A DNA stretch of 64,000 bases from Vicinamibacterales bacterium (lineage in GTDB: Bacteria; Acidobacteriota; Vicinamibacteria; Vicinamibacterales; UBA2999): NCBI GenBank assembly GCA_036005125.1, contig DASYQV010000311.1, forward strand, positions 5,618-69,617, in the 5' to 3' direction. The translations under genes were made by a program, and so were the position numbers. Shown one piece after another: positions 35,890 to 44,212 of this stretch (positions are counted from its first letter, which is position 1; each line of letters begins with the position of its first letter). The notes below the pieces were generated by a model that worked only from the letters and a program-made list of their open reading frames with translations, was not told the origin of the DNA and did no database searches.

Positions 35890-36848
35890 GGGCGCTGATC
35901 ACTGGCGGCGCCGGCTTCATAGGCTCGCACCTCGCCGAGCATCTGCTCGAGACAGGACACGAGGTGCTGATCCTCGACAACCTCTCGACCGGTTCGATCG
36001 ACAACATCACGCATCTGAAAGGAACGCCGCGGTTTTCCTACACGATTGATTCGGTGACCAATGAGCCGCTGCTTGCCGAGCTCATCGATCAGAGCGACGT
36101 CGTCTTTCATCTGGCCGCTGCGGTTGGCGTCAAGCTGATCGTCGAGCAGCCCGTCCACACGATTGAGACCAACGTGCACGGAACCGAAGTCGTCCTCAAG
36201 CACGCGAACAAGAAGAAGAAGCTTGTCTTCATTGCTTCCACCTCCGAGGTCTATGGCAAGAGCGCGGACGTCCCCTTCCGGGAGGATGCCGACCTGGTGC
36301 TCGGGGCTACCGTCAGGCACCGGTGGGCCTACGCGTGCAGCAAGCTCATTGACGAGTTCCTCGCGCTGGCCTATTGGAAAGAACGCCGGCTGCCGATTGT
36401 GATCGTGCGTCTATTCAACACAGTAGGGCCTCGGCAGACGGGTCGGTACGGGATGGTCCTGCCAACTTTTGTCAGACAGGCGCTGGCGGGCAAGCCGATT
36501 ACAGTATTCGGCGACGGAACCCAGTCGCGGAGCTTCACCTACGTCCGGGACGTGGTGGCCGCCCTCGCCGCACTCGCTGGCGAGCCCCGCGCCGTCGGCC
36601 AGGTGTTCAATATTGGGAATACCGAAGAGGTGACGATTCGGGCGCTGGCGGAACGGGTGCGCGTTCTGGCGGGCAGCCGCTCGCCCGTTCAACTGGTTCC
36701 CTACGACCAGGCCTACGAAAAAGGATTCGAGGACATGCCGCGCCGGGTGCCCGATATCTCGCGAATCCGGGATCTTATTGGTTTTGCGCCGCAAATGTCG
36801 CTCGACGACATCATTTGCCGGGTGATCGAACACATTCGCCAGCATTAG
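35886..36848 (+). CDS. Extended-SDR, ArnA C-terminal-domain-like (candidate UDP-glucuronate decarboxylase)
   Basis: ITGGAGFIGSHL, STSEVYG, RWAYACSK (YxxxK), FNTVGPR, FGDGTQSRSFTYVRD; by-eye similarity to the ArnA decarboxylase domain; GTG 35886 overlaps the upstream stop. Confidence 0.85.
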   Translation: MRALITGGAGFIGSHLAEHLLETGHEVLILDNLSTGSIDNITHLKGTPRFSYTIDSVTNEPLLAELIDQSDVVFHLAAAVGVKLIVEQPVHTIETNVHGTEVVLKHANKKKKLVFIASTSEVYGKSADVPFREDADLVLGATVRHRWAYACSKLIDEFLALAYWKERRLPIVIVRLFNTVGPRQTGRYGMVLPTFVRQALAGKPITVFGDGTQSRSFTYVRDVVAALAALAGEPRAVGQVFNIGNTEEVTIRALAERVRVLAGSRSPVQLVPYDQAYEKGFEDMPRRVPDISRIRDLIGFAPQMSLDDIICRVIEHIRQH

Positions 36849-36852
36849 TACC

Positions 36853-36999
36853 CCGTTATGCGGCCCGAAACGCGAATTTTGTACTCGTTGTGGGACCGCA
36901 TAACGGGCTAGGCGCGCGAAACGCGCCAAAAGATCCTGGTCTAACCAGCCGAGGGGCTCTGCCCGGGATATCAAGGGGGCGGAGCCCCTTGGCTGGTTC
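36853..36999 (+). repeat. A-B-C mosaic element, copy 3 (plus orientation)
   Basis: A 36853-36906, B 36911-36927 (GGCGCG-CGAAA-CGCGCC), C 36941-36999 (CTAACCAGCCGAGGGGCTCTGCCCGGGATATCAAGGGGGCGGAGCCCCTTGGCTGGTT); starts 5 nt after the SDR stop. Confidence 0.9.
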
Positions 37000-37097
37000 G
37001 ATATATCGGGTATCGGCCGACCCGCCGAAAGGATCAAGGTCGGGCTTGGAATGCTCGATTCTGCGGCGTACAATTGGGGTCCTCGTTGATGCAGCAC

Positions 37098-37898
37098 ATG
37101 AAGCCTTCCCTGTTTTGTCTCGCGTTCGTTGTCCTGCTGGCGCCGCACGCCGTCGCGCAGCAGATGAAGCTCGAGATTCACGACGGGCGCGTCTCCCTCG
37201 ACGCCCAGAATGTCTCCGTGCGCCAGATTCTGGCGGAATGGGCGCGTGTGGGTGGCTCCAGGGTCGTCAATGGCGACAAGGTCGGCGGGGCGCCGGTGAC
37301 GCTTCAATTCAATGGAATCCCCGAGCGGCAGGCGCTCGACATCCTCCTTCGCACTGTCAGCGGGTATATGCTGGCCGCGCGTCAGCCTGGCAGCGTCGGA
37401 GCCTCGGCGTTCGACCGCATTCTCATTCTTCCGACCAGCACCGGTCCGCGTAGCAATCAGCCGCCTCCAGCGACGGCCGCGAACCCCTTCGCCCAGCCGG
37501 GCATGGTGGGTCAGCCAGGCATGGCGGGGGTCCAACCCGGCACGATCGGCCGGCCGATGCCCGGTGTGCAGCCGGTCATTCCGGGGGTGCAGGTCGAGGA
37601 TGGGAACCAGACGAACCTGCAGGAAGAAGAAGAGGCTGACGACGACCAGGCGCCGCCGCCTGTGTTTCCCAAGCCGCGCAATCGCGCGGGCATCTCGCGG
37701 CGGCCGAACGTCTTTCCGACTCCGACTCCCTCGCCTCAGCCAGGCATGCCGCCGCAGATGCCTGTGGGTGAGGGAGGTGAACCGGGTCGCCCCGTGACGG
37801 CGTCACCAGGCAACCCGTTTGGCATTCCGGCCGGATCGGGAGGAACACCGGGCGCCATCACGCCGGTGCCCCAGCAGCAGCAACGCCCTCCGCAATAA
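37098..37898 (+). CDS. Hypothetical secreted protein: signal peptide, ~90-aa globular domain, long Pro/Gly/Gln-rich tail
   Basis: MKPSLFCLAFVVLLAPHAVAQQ signal-like N-terminus; low-complexity C-terminal half (PGMVGQPGMAGVQPG.., acidic EEEEADDD patch); no family recognised. Confidence 0.55.
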   Translation: MKPSLFCLAFVVLLAPHAVAQQMKLEIHDGRVSLDAQNVSVRQILAEWARVGGSRVVNGDKVGGAPVTLQFNGIPERQALDILLRTVSGYMLAARQPGSVGASAFDRILILPTSTGPRSNQPPPATAANPFAQPGMVGQPGMAGVQPGTIGRPMPGVQPVIPGVQVEDGNQTNLQEEEEADDDQAPPPVFPKPRNRAGISRRPNVFPTPTPSPQPGMPPQMPVGEGGEPGRPVTASPGNPFGIPAGSGGTPGAITPVPQQQQRPPQ

Positions 37899-38005
37899 GC
37901 GCACGGGAGGACGGGTTCGTCCCAACCTCAGGCAGCGCACCGATCACGGGCAGAGCTAGAATAAACACTGGCGGCCGCGCACTGTCCTCTGCCCGCCGCG
38001 CGCGT

Positions 38006-38148
38006 CATTTCGCCATTTGATATTTCAGATTCGATCATCGGATTCGATCATTGCATCATCGCCATCGGGTCATCGCGACGATGATTCAATGAACAAAATC
38101 CCGATGATTAGATTGTCCGATGAGCTGATCAAATCTGATATCTGAAAT
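38006..38148. repeat. AT-richer imperfect palindromic spacer of the same word family as 29991-30160
   Basis: ATTTGATATTTCAGATTCGATCATCGG.. vs ..CCGATGAGCTGATCAAATCTGATATCTGAAAT; 19-mer CAAATCTGATATCTGAAAT (38130-38148) is identical to 30136-30154. Confidence 0.8.
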
Positions 38149-38177
38149 AGTCCAATAAACCTGCTCAACGCCCTTGC

Positions 38178-39221
38178 ATGTCTGAAATCGATCGGTTCCG
38201 GCCCGACGACCGTCGTGGTGTCGAAACGCTCTATCGCCGCACCCATGGCCCCGACGCCGCCGAAGCGAACCGCCTGCGCTGGGACTGGCAGCACCGCCGC
38301 AATCCAAATAATCCAACAGGGCAGCCTGGGATTTGGGTCGCCCGCGAAGGGCCGACTGTTGTTGGTCAGTATCCGACGCTGCCGGTGCGCGTGTGCCTCA
38401 AGGGACTCGAGGTGGACGGTGCCTGGGGCACTGACGCCAACGTCGCCCCGGAACGCGACAGGCAGGGCCTTGACGAAGCCCTGATCCGCGCATGGGATCG
38501 GAACGCGGGCGCCGCGCTGGTCCTCGGCGTCTCACCCACGCTGCGGACGCTGCTCGACAGGCTCCACTGGCCCGACGCGAACGTCGTCCCTTGCCTCGTC
38601 AAGCCGCTGACCCGACGCGCCGTGCGGCGGGCGAACTGGCCGCGCGTGTTGAACCGTCTCATCTCGGCGTTGATGCTGCCGGTCATCCGCATCGTCGCGC
38701 GGTCGCGACCGTTGCGCGCCGAGTGCGAGCCGATCCGCCGGTTCGACGCGCAGTTCACCGCGTTGTGGGAGCGGCTCGCGCCCAAGTTCGACCTCGCGGT
38801 GCGCCGCGATGCGGCATACCTGAACTGGCGCTACATCGAACCGCCGCACGTCCGCTATTCCGTCGTCGCGCTCAAGCGGCATGGAGAAGTGCATGGGTAC
38901 GCGGTCTACCGTCACAGGTTCGAGCCGCTCGGCCGCGTCACCCTGCTCGTCGACTTCCTGGTCGATCCGGAGGATGTGTCCGGGCTCAAGACGCTGCTGC
39001 GATGGGTGGACCGCGAGGCGCGCTCTGAGGATTCGGACAAAGTGCGGTGTCATGTGATGCATGCAAACCTGCGTCGGGTCCTGCGCCGCAACGGATACTT
39101 TCAGGTGAAATCGACGCTCGAGGTGAGCGTCAAGGTCAATGCCGTGCAGGTGCCGAAGGGGTTTTACAGCGACACCGACAAGTGGCACATCACGTACGGC
39201 GATTCGGATCAGGATCACTAA
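38178..39221 (+). CDS. Hypothetical protein, possible GNAT-fold acyltransferase
   Basis: Coding-like composition and length; weak GNAT-like segment (VAPERDRQGLDEALIRAW); family assignment is tentative. Confidence 0.45.
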   Translation: MSEIDRFRPDDRRGVETLYRRTHGPDAAEANRLRWDWQHRRNPNNPTGQPGIWVAREGPTVVGQYPTLPVRVCLKGLEVDGAWGTDANVAPERDRQGLDEALIRAWDRNAGAALVLGVSPTLRTLLDRLHWPDANVVPCLVKPLTRRAVRRANWPRVLNRLISALMLPVIRIVARSRPLRAECEPIRRFDAQFTALWERLAPKFDLAVRRDAAYLNWRYIEPPHVRYSVVALKRHGEVHGYAVYRHRFEPLGRVTLLVDFLVDPEDVSGLKTLLRWVDREARSEDSDKVRCHVMHANLRRVLRRNGYFQVKSTLEVSVKVNAVQVPKGFYSDTDKWHITYGDSDQDH

Positions 39222-39243
39222 GTCCGGAGCCTGCTTGAGCGAC

Positions 39244-39297
39244 GCAGGCCGCATCTTCAGATGCGGCCCATGCCGGGTCTAAAAGACCCGGCCTACG
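39244..39297. repeat. REP-like two-hairpin unit (inverted orientation relative to 43670-43731)
   Basis: GCAGGCCGCATCTTCAGATGCGGCCCATGCCGGGTCTAAAAGACCCGGCCTACG. Confidence 0.9.
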
Positions 39298-39335
39298 TGT
39301 GTCGCTCGAGCGCCCGAAGCCAGCGAGTGACGTTT

Positions 39336-39785
39336 ATGACTCTCAGCGAGCGCGTCAACACCGACATCACGGCCGCCATGAAGGCGCAGGACCAGCGCCG
39401 GCTTTCAGCGCTCCGCATGCTGAAGGCCGCGATCATGAACAAAGGCGTCGAGAAGGGACGCGATCTCGAGGACGCGGAGGTGGTGCAGGTCGTGGCCTCC
39501 CTCGTGAAACAGCGCCGGGACTCGATCGAGCAGTTTTCGAAAGCGGGCCGCACCGACCTTGTTGAGAAGGAGACGGGCGAGATCGGCGTGCTCGAGGGAT
39601 ACATGCCCCCGTCTGCATCTGCAGAAGAGATCGACGCCGCTGTTGCTGCCGCAATTGCCGAGACGGGCGCCTCGTCGCCGAAAGACATCGGCAAGGTGAT
39701 GAAAGCCGTCATGCCCAGGCTGGCGGGCAAGTCGGTCGACGGCCGCGTCGTGAACGAGACGGTCCGCAAGCGGTTGACGTCGTAA
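39336..39785 (+). CDS. yqeY: GatB/YqeY domain-containing protein
   Basis: ITAAMKAQD, RLSALRMLKAAI, KDIGKVMKAVMP; ATG 39336 (the track ORF start at 39261 lies in the REP unit). Confidence 0.85.
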   Translation: MTLSERVNTDITAAMKAQDQRRLSALRMLKAAIMNKGVEKGRDLEDAEVVQVVASLVKQRRDSIEQFSKAGRTDLVEKETGEIGVLEGYMPPSASAEEIDAAVAAAIAETGASSPKDIGKVMKAVMPRLAGKSVDGRVVNETVRKRLTS

Positions 39786-39882
39786 TCCAACAGGGCGGCT
39801 GAAGGCCCCGCTACCCCAACCTTTCGAGCTCTCGCCGTGCGAGGGCCCCTTTTTTGGGTACGCTAAAGGGTGTCGACCTTGG

Positions 39883-39973
39883 TCTACCGGAACGGCTTAA
39901 CGCCGTTCCTTCGTCTACCGGAACGGCTTAACGCCGTTCCTTGGTCTACCGGAACGGCTTAACGCCGTTCCTT
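39883..39973 (+). repeat. Three tandem 31-nt units, each a hairpin (D unit: TCTACCGGAACGGC-TTAAC-GCCGTTCCTT)
   Basis: 29-nt cores identical at 39883-39911, 39914-39942, 39945-39973; a fourth copy with a loop substitution is at 52518-52548. Confidence 0.93.
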
Positions 39974-41625
39974 TGGGACACGGTCGCCTCTACAGCTTGG
40001 CCGAAACTTCCGCCGAAACGTTCGCACCCCCCGCAGCACGCGTCGCCCCTGCTTCCGGGCTCGCGCGGTCCGCCGGCGTGACCGGCGTGGCCACGATGAC
40101 GAGCCGCGTCCTCGGCCTGGTCCGCGATCAGGTCCTGGCCTCGATGTTCGGAGCGGGCAACGCCATGGACGCCTTCAACGTGGCGTTCCGCATTCCCAAC
40201 CTCGTTCGCGACCTCTTTGCCGAAGGAGCCATGAGCGCGGCATTCGTGCCGACCTTCACGCGTGAGCTCACGACCGGCGGCAAGGAACGCGCGTGGAGGC
40301 TCGGTAATAACGTTCTGACCGCGCTCGTTGTCATCACCGGTGTGCTGGTCGTCCTCGGAATGATCTTCGCCGAGCCGCTGGTGACAGCCTTTGCCGGTGA
40401 CTACTCGCAGGTCGAGGGCAAGCTCGAACTGACGGTGCTGCTCACGCGGATCATGCTGCCGTTCCTGACGTTCGTCGCGCTCGCGGCGGCGTTCATGGGC
40501 ATGCTGAACTCGCTGCATCAGTTCTTTGTTCCGGCGCTCTCGCCGGCGATGTTCAACATCGGCACGATCGTGTGCGCGTTTGCGCTCGTGCCGGTGATGC
40601 CACGCTTCGGGCTGCCGCCGATCACCGCGATCGCGATCGGGACGCTCGTCGGCGGTCTCGCGCAGCTGGCTATCCAGTGGCCCGCGCTCACGCGCGGGGG
40701 CTTCCAGTACCATCCGGTGCTCGACTTCCGCGATCCGGGCCTGCGGCGCGTGCTCGTCCTGATGGGGCCCGGCACGGTGGGCCTGGCTGCTACGCAGGTC
40801 AACGTGTTTGTGAACACGGTGCTTGCGACGGCACAGGGCACCGGCGCGGTGTCGTGGCTCAACTACGCATTCCGTCTGATGTACCTGCCGATCGGGCTCT
40901 TCGGCGTATCAATCGCGACGGCGGCGATTCCCGCCGTGTCCCGCCATGCAGCACAGGACGATCGGGCCGGAATCCGTCGCACGATTGCCGACGGCATGAC
41001 GCTGATGATGATGCTGAACGTCCCCGCAACGGTGGGTCTGATCGTGCTGGCGTCGCCAATCGTGCGTGTCATCTTCGAGCGGCGGGCGTTCACGCCGCTC
41101 GACACGGCCGCCACCGCGGCCGCGCTGCAGTTCTACGCCATCGGGTTGATCGGATATTCGGTGGTGCGGATTGCCTCTCCAACCTTCTACGCGCTCAACG
41201 AAAGCCGGACGCCGGTGAAGGTCAGCATGGCGAGCGTCCTCGTCAACGCGGGTTTGAACATCCTCCTTGCTCAGTTCATGGGCTACCGTGGTCTGGCGCT
41301 CGGGACCTCGATCGCGGCAATCGTCAACGCCGGTCTGCTCCTGTTCCTGCTCCGGCGACGCCTCCACGGGCTCGAGGGCCGGCGCGTGACGATCGCGCTT
41401 TTCAAGATCACCGCCGCTTCGTTGGCGATGGGCGCGGCGGCGCTCGTTGTCGACACGCTGATGCAGGGCTGGGTGCCCGGCGCCGGGTTCACCGCACAGC
41501 TCATTCGGCTGGCCGCAGACATCGGTGCCGCAGTGGTCGTGCTTGGGGCTACTGCACACCTCCTGCACATCAACGAGTTCCGTCGGGGCATGATGCTCGT
41601 GACGTCGCGGGTTCGGCGGCGTTAG
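39973..41625 (+). CDS. murJ: Lipid II flippase MurJ (MviN/MOP family)
   Basis: RVLGLVRDQVLASMFGAG.AMDAFNVAFRIPNLVRDLFAEGAMSAAFVP; 14-TM-like profile; start uncertain (TTG 39973 touches the last D unit; other in-frame TTG/GTG lie downstream). Confidence 0.9.
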   Translation: MGHGRLYSLAETSAETFAPPAARVAPASGLARSAGVTGVATMTSRVLGLVRDQVLASMFGAGNAMDAFNVAFRIPNLVRDLFAEGAMSAAFVPTFTRELTTGGKERAWRLGNNVLTALVVITGVLVVLGMIFAEPLVTAFAGDYSQVEGKLELTVLLTRIMLPFLTFVALAAAFMGMLNSLHQFFVPALSPAMFNIGTIVCAFALVPVMPRFGLPPITAIAIGTLVGGLAQLAIQWPALTRGGFQYHPVLDFRDPGLRRVLVLMGPGTVGLAATQVNVFVNTVLATAQGTGAVSWLNYAFRLMYLPIGLFGVSIATAAIPAVSRHAAQDDRAGIRRTIADGMTLMMMLNVPATVGLIVLASPIVRVIFERRAFTPLDTAATAAALQFYAIGLIGYSVVRIASPTFYALNESRTPVKVSMASVLVNAGLNILLAQFMGYRGLALGTSIAAIVNAGLLLFLLRRRLHGLEGRRVTIALFKITAASLAMGAAALVVDTLMQGWVPGAGFTAQLIRLAADIGAAVVVLGATAHLLHINEFRRGMMLVTSRVRRR

Positions 41626-41659
41626 TCTTGACCCGTTCTTGATCAAATCTGAATTGCCG

Positions 41660-42880
41660 ATGAGCAAATCCCCGTTTCTGGGACTGCACCCCACTGTCCT
41701 CCGGCTCGCGAGCACCCATTTCGTCGTTGATGGCTACGGCAACATCTATGCGCCGCTGTTGCCGCTCCTCATTCCGCAGCTCGGCTTGTCGCTCGCCACC
41801 GCCGGAACGCTCCAGATGCTGTTCCAGATGGCGAACTCGGTCGCCCAGCTCGGGTTCGGCCGCCTGGCCGATCGCTGGCGGCCGCGATTGCTCGTGCTGG
41901 TCGGCCCGGTTGTCGCGGTCACGATTCTGAGCCTCATCGGCCTTGCCCCGAATGTATGGACGCTCGCGACGCTCCTCATGCTCGGGGGTCTGGGAGGTGC
42001 GGCGTTCCATCCCCCTGCGGCGGCTCTCGTTCACCGGCTCGGCGGCTCGAAGACGGGACTGGCGATGTCGGTGCACATCACGGGCGGAACCATCGGATTT
42101 TCGCTCGGACCGCTCGTGTTCGCGCCATTCGTCGAGCGTTTTGGACTTCTGTGGACGCCGGTCCTGATGATGCCGGGACTGCTCGCGCTTCGGGTCCTTC
42201 TCCGCAGCGTGCCGCCAACCGAGCCGCTGCAGGCGCGTCCGGAAGGCGGCGGCTTCGCCGCGCTGCGACCGTACGTCAAGCCGCTCTCGCTTCTCTACGC
42301 CATCGTCGTGTTGCGGACGCTCGCGTCACTCAGCTTCGCGACGTTCATGCCCGTGATGCTGACCCGGCGCGGCCTCTCGCTCGGGGCGGCGGGCATCGCC
42401 GTGGCTGCGTACCTGTTCGCGAGCGGCGTGGGTGGGTTTCTCGGCGGCCCTGCAGCCGATCGATTCGGGCCGCGTCGTGTCATACTTATCTCCCTCGTGG
42501 CGTCGGTCCCGTTCCTGGCGCTCGCACCGACGTTGTCGGGGTGGACCTTTGTCGTCGTGCTCGCGATCGGCGGGCTTCTCTTGCAGTCAACTTTGCCCGT
42601 CAATGTAACATTCGGGCAGGTCGTGGCACCTATCGGCGCCGCCACCGTGTCGTCGCTGATGATGGGCTTTGCCTGGGGAACGGGTGGGCTGAGCGTGCCG
42701 TTTGTCGGCATGCTGGCCGACCGCATCGGTATCGAACGCGCGCTCGTCACAATGGCATTCATGCCGCTTTTCGGTGCCCTGCTGGCGCTGCCGCTGCCAT
42801 CGGGCAAACACACGCATACGCTGCCGCGTGCCGCGAGTGTGGGGGTTCCCGAGACTGCGGGCATGGATGTTGCTGAGTAG
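41660..42880 (+). CDS. MFS transporter
   Basis: 12-TM-like hydrophobic profile; FGRLADRWRPR between TM2 and TM3 (MFS signature-like); ATG 41660 (MSKSPF). Confidence 0.85.
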   Translation: MSKSPFLGLHPTVLRLASTHFVVDGYGNIYAPLLPLLIPQLGLSLATAGTLQMLFQMANSVAQLGFGRLADRWRPRLLVLVGPVVAVTILSLIGLAPNVWTLATLLMLGGLGGAAFHPPAAALVHRLGGSKTGLAMSVHITGGTIGFSLGPLVFAPFVERFGLLWTPVLMMPGLLALRVLLRSVPPTEPLQARPEGGGFAALRPYVKPLSLLYAIVVLRTLASLSFATFMPVMLTRRGLSLGAAGIAVAAYLFASGVGGFLGGPAADRFGPRRVILISLVASVPFLALAPTLSGWTFVVVLAIGGLLLQSTLPVNVTFGQVVAPIGAATVSSLMMGFAWGTGGLSVPFVGMLADRIGIERALVTMAFMPLFGALLALPLPSGKHTHTLPRAASVGVPETAGMDVAE

Positions 42881-42905
42881 GGGTCAGATAGAACAGACTG
42901 GTCCG

Positions 42906-43649
42906 ATGCCACGGTATCGCTCGACATCCGATTTCGCGTATTCCTTCGGTCCAGGGCCGTTGACGCCCGCGATCAAAATGCTGATCGGCGCCAATGTCGC
43001 GGCGTTTCTGCTGTCGTTCATGGTGCCGGTCGTGACCTTGCGGTTGGGTCTCATTCCCGCCGACGTGTTCGAGCACTTCGCCATCTGGCAGCCCGTCACG
43101 TACATGTTCCTCCACGGCGGCCTCTTCCACCTGCTGTTCAACATGTTGACGCTGTGGATGATGGGCACCGAGTTGGAGCGGATGTGGGGCAGCCGGTACT
43201 TCACCCGGTTCTACTTCATCTCGGGCGTGGGCGCCGCGCTGACAACGCTGCTGTTGTCGGTACTGCCGTTGCCGTTCCCGGTCAATCTGTACACGACGCT
43301 GACGGTGGGCGCTTCGGGCGCAATCTATGGCGTGCTGCTCGCGTACGCGATGTACTTTCCGAACCGTCCGATCATGATGTACTTCCTGTTCCCCGTCCCC
43401 GCGAAGTACTTCGTGATGATCCTTGGATCGCTTTCGTTGCTGGGCTCGATCAGCAGCTCGGGCGGCATCGCGCACACCACGCACCTCGGCGGTCTGCTCG
43501 CCGCCTATCTGTATCTCAAGAGCGGCCGCATCCATCCGATTTCGGAGATCAAGTACCGCTTCCTGAAATGGCGCATCAACCGCATGCGCCGCAAGTTCGA
43601 CGTCTATTCGGGGGGACGGGCCGACGACGTGAACCGGCGCGTGCATTGA
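42906..43649 (+). CDS. Rhomboid family intramembrane serine protease
   Basis: HLLFNM, catalytic GASGAIYG, AHTTHLGG; ATG 42906 inside track ORF 42702..43649. Confidence 0.88.
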   Translation: MPRYRSTSDFAYSFGPGPLTPAIKMLIGANVAAFLLSFMVPVVTLRLGLIPADVFEHFAIWQPVTYMFLHGGLFHLLFNMLTLWMMGTELERMWGSRYFTRFYFISGVGAALTTLLLSVLPLPFPVNLYTTLTVGASGAIYGVLLAYAMYFPNRPIMMYFLFPVPAKYFVMILGSLSLLGSISSSGGIAHTTHLGGLLAAYLYLKSGRIHPISEIKYRFLKWRINRMRRKFDVYSGGRADDVNRRVH

Positions 43650-43669
43650 CCGTCGCAGGCACTGACGGT

Positions 43670-43731
43670 CGTAGGCCGGGTCTTTAGACCCGGCGCCGCT
43701 TGCTGCGCCGCATCTAAAGATGCGGCCTACG
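43670..43731. repeat. REP-like two-hairpin unit
   Basis: CGTAGGCCGGGTCTTTAGACCCGGC-GCCGCTTGCTGC-GCCGCATCTAAAGATGCGGCCTACG between the convergent rhomboid and cupin genes. Confidence 0.9.
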
Positions 43732-43739
43732 TCCTATCC

Positions 43740-44099
43740 TCACTTCCGAAAGTAATCGTCGGTCCCATCGAGCCAGTCCTGCCGGATGGGACTGAAGATA
43801 TCGATCTCGAACGTGTCCTCGAGAGCCTCCGCCTGATGCGGAACCCACGACGGGATGTGGAGGACCTCTCCCTCGCGGACCGTCACGTCCTCGCCGCCGA
43901 TCAGAAATCTCAGCGCGCCCTGCAGGACGCAGGTCATCTGCTCGCTTTCGTGCGAATGCATGGGCACGAGCGCGCCGCGCTTGAGGTAGATCTGCGCAAC
44001 CATCTCGCGCTCCCCTGTCACGATCTTGCGGGAGATCATCTCGGTGACCTTCTCGAGTGCGATCTCGTCCCAGCGGTGAAGTCGAACGGTAGCTGTCAT
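43740..44099 (-). CDS. Cupin domain protein
   Basis: PMHSHESEQMTCVLQG..GEVLHIPSWVPH (two-His cupin motifs); ATG 44099 inside track ORF 43740..44201. Confidence 0.75.
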   Translation of the reverse strand: MTATVRLHRWDEIALEKVTEMISRKIVTGEREMVAQIYLKRGALVPMHSHESEQMTCVLQGALRFLIGGEDVTVREGEVLHIPSWVPHQAEALEDTFEIDIFSPIRQDWLDGTDDYFRK

Positions 44100-44212
44100 A
44101 GATCTCCTGATCGCGCGGCTCGCGCGAACATGACGAAAGGCGGCGGGACAGACCTTCGCCGCAGGGTCCGTGCTCACGGAGAGCGGCGGTGATTGTGCCA
44201 TAATTTCTCGTG

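Noticed and set aside
29991-38148. Glycan cluster as a mobile island bracketed by direct copies of the AT-richer element
   Set aside because: The two elements are in the same orientation and share a 19-mer. However, there are no mobility genes, the enclosed genes have the same high GC and codon style as the rest of the window, and a third related element occurs at 41640. A recurring promoter/leader module is the simpler reading.
39786-39882. Canonical intrinsic terminator after yqeY, suggested by the only T6 run in the region (GGGCCCCTTTTTTGGG)
   Set aside because: The only stem immediately upstream (CTCGC-CGT-GCGAG) is 5 bp with a 3-nt loop and is separated from the T-run by GGCCCC. This is too weak to call.
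39883-39973. Possible CRISPR array (regularly spaced identical palindromic repeats); also considered for 2151-2241
   Set aside because: The units are contiguous (2-3 nt joints, or none), so there are no spacers. The repeat lengths (31 and 7 nt) and the absence of any cas gene in the window also argue against a CRISPR array.
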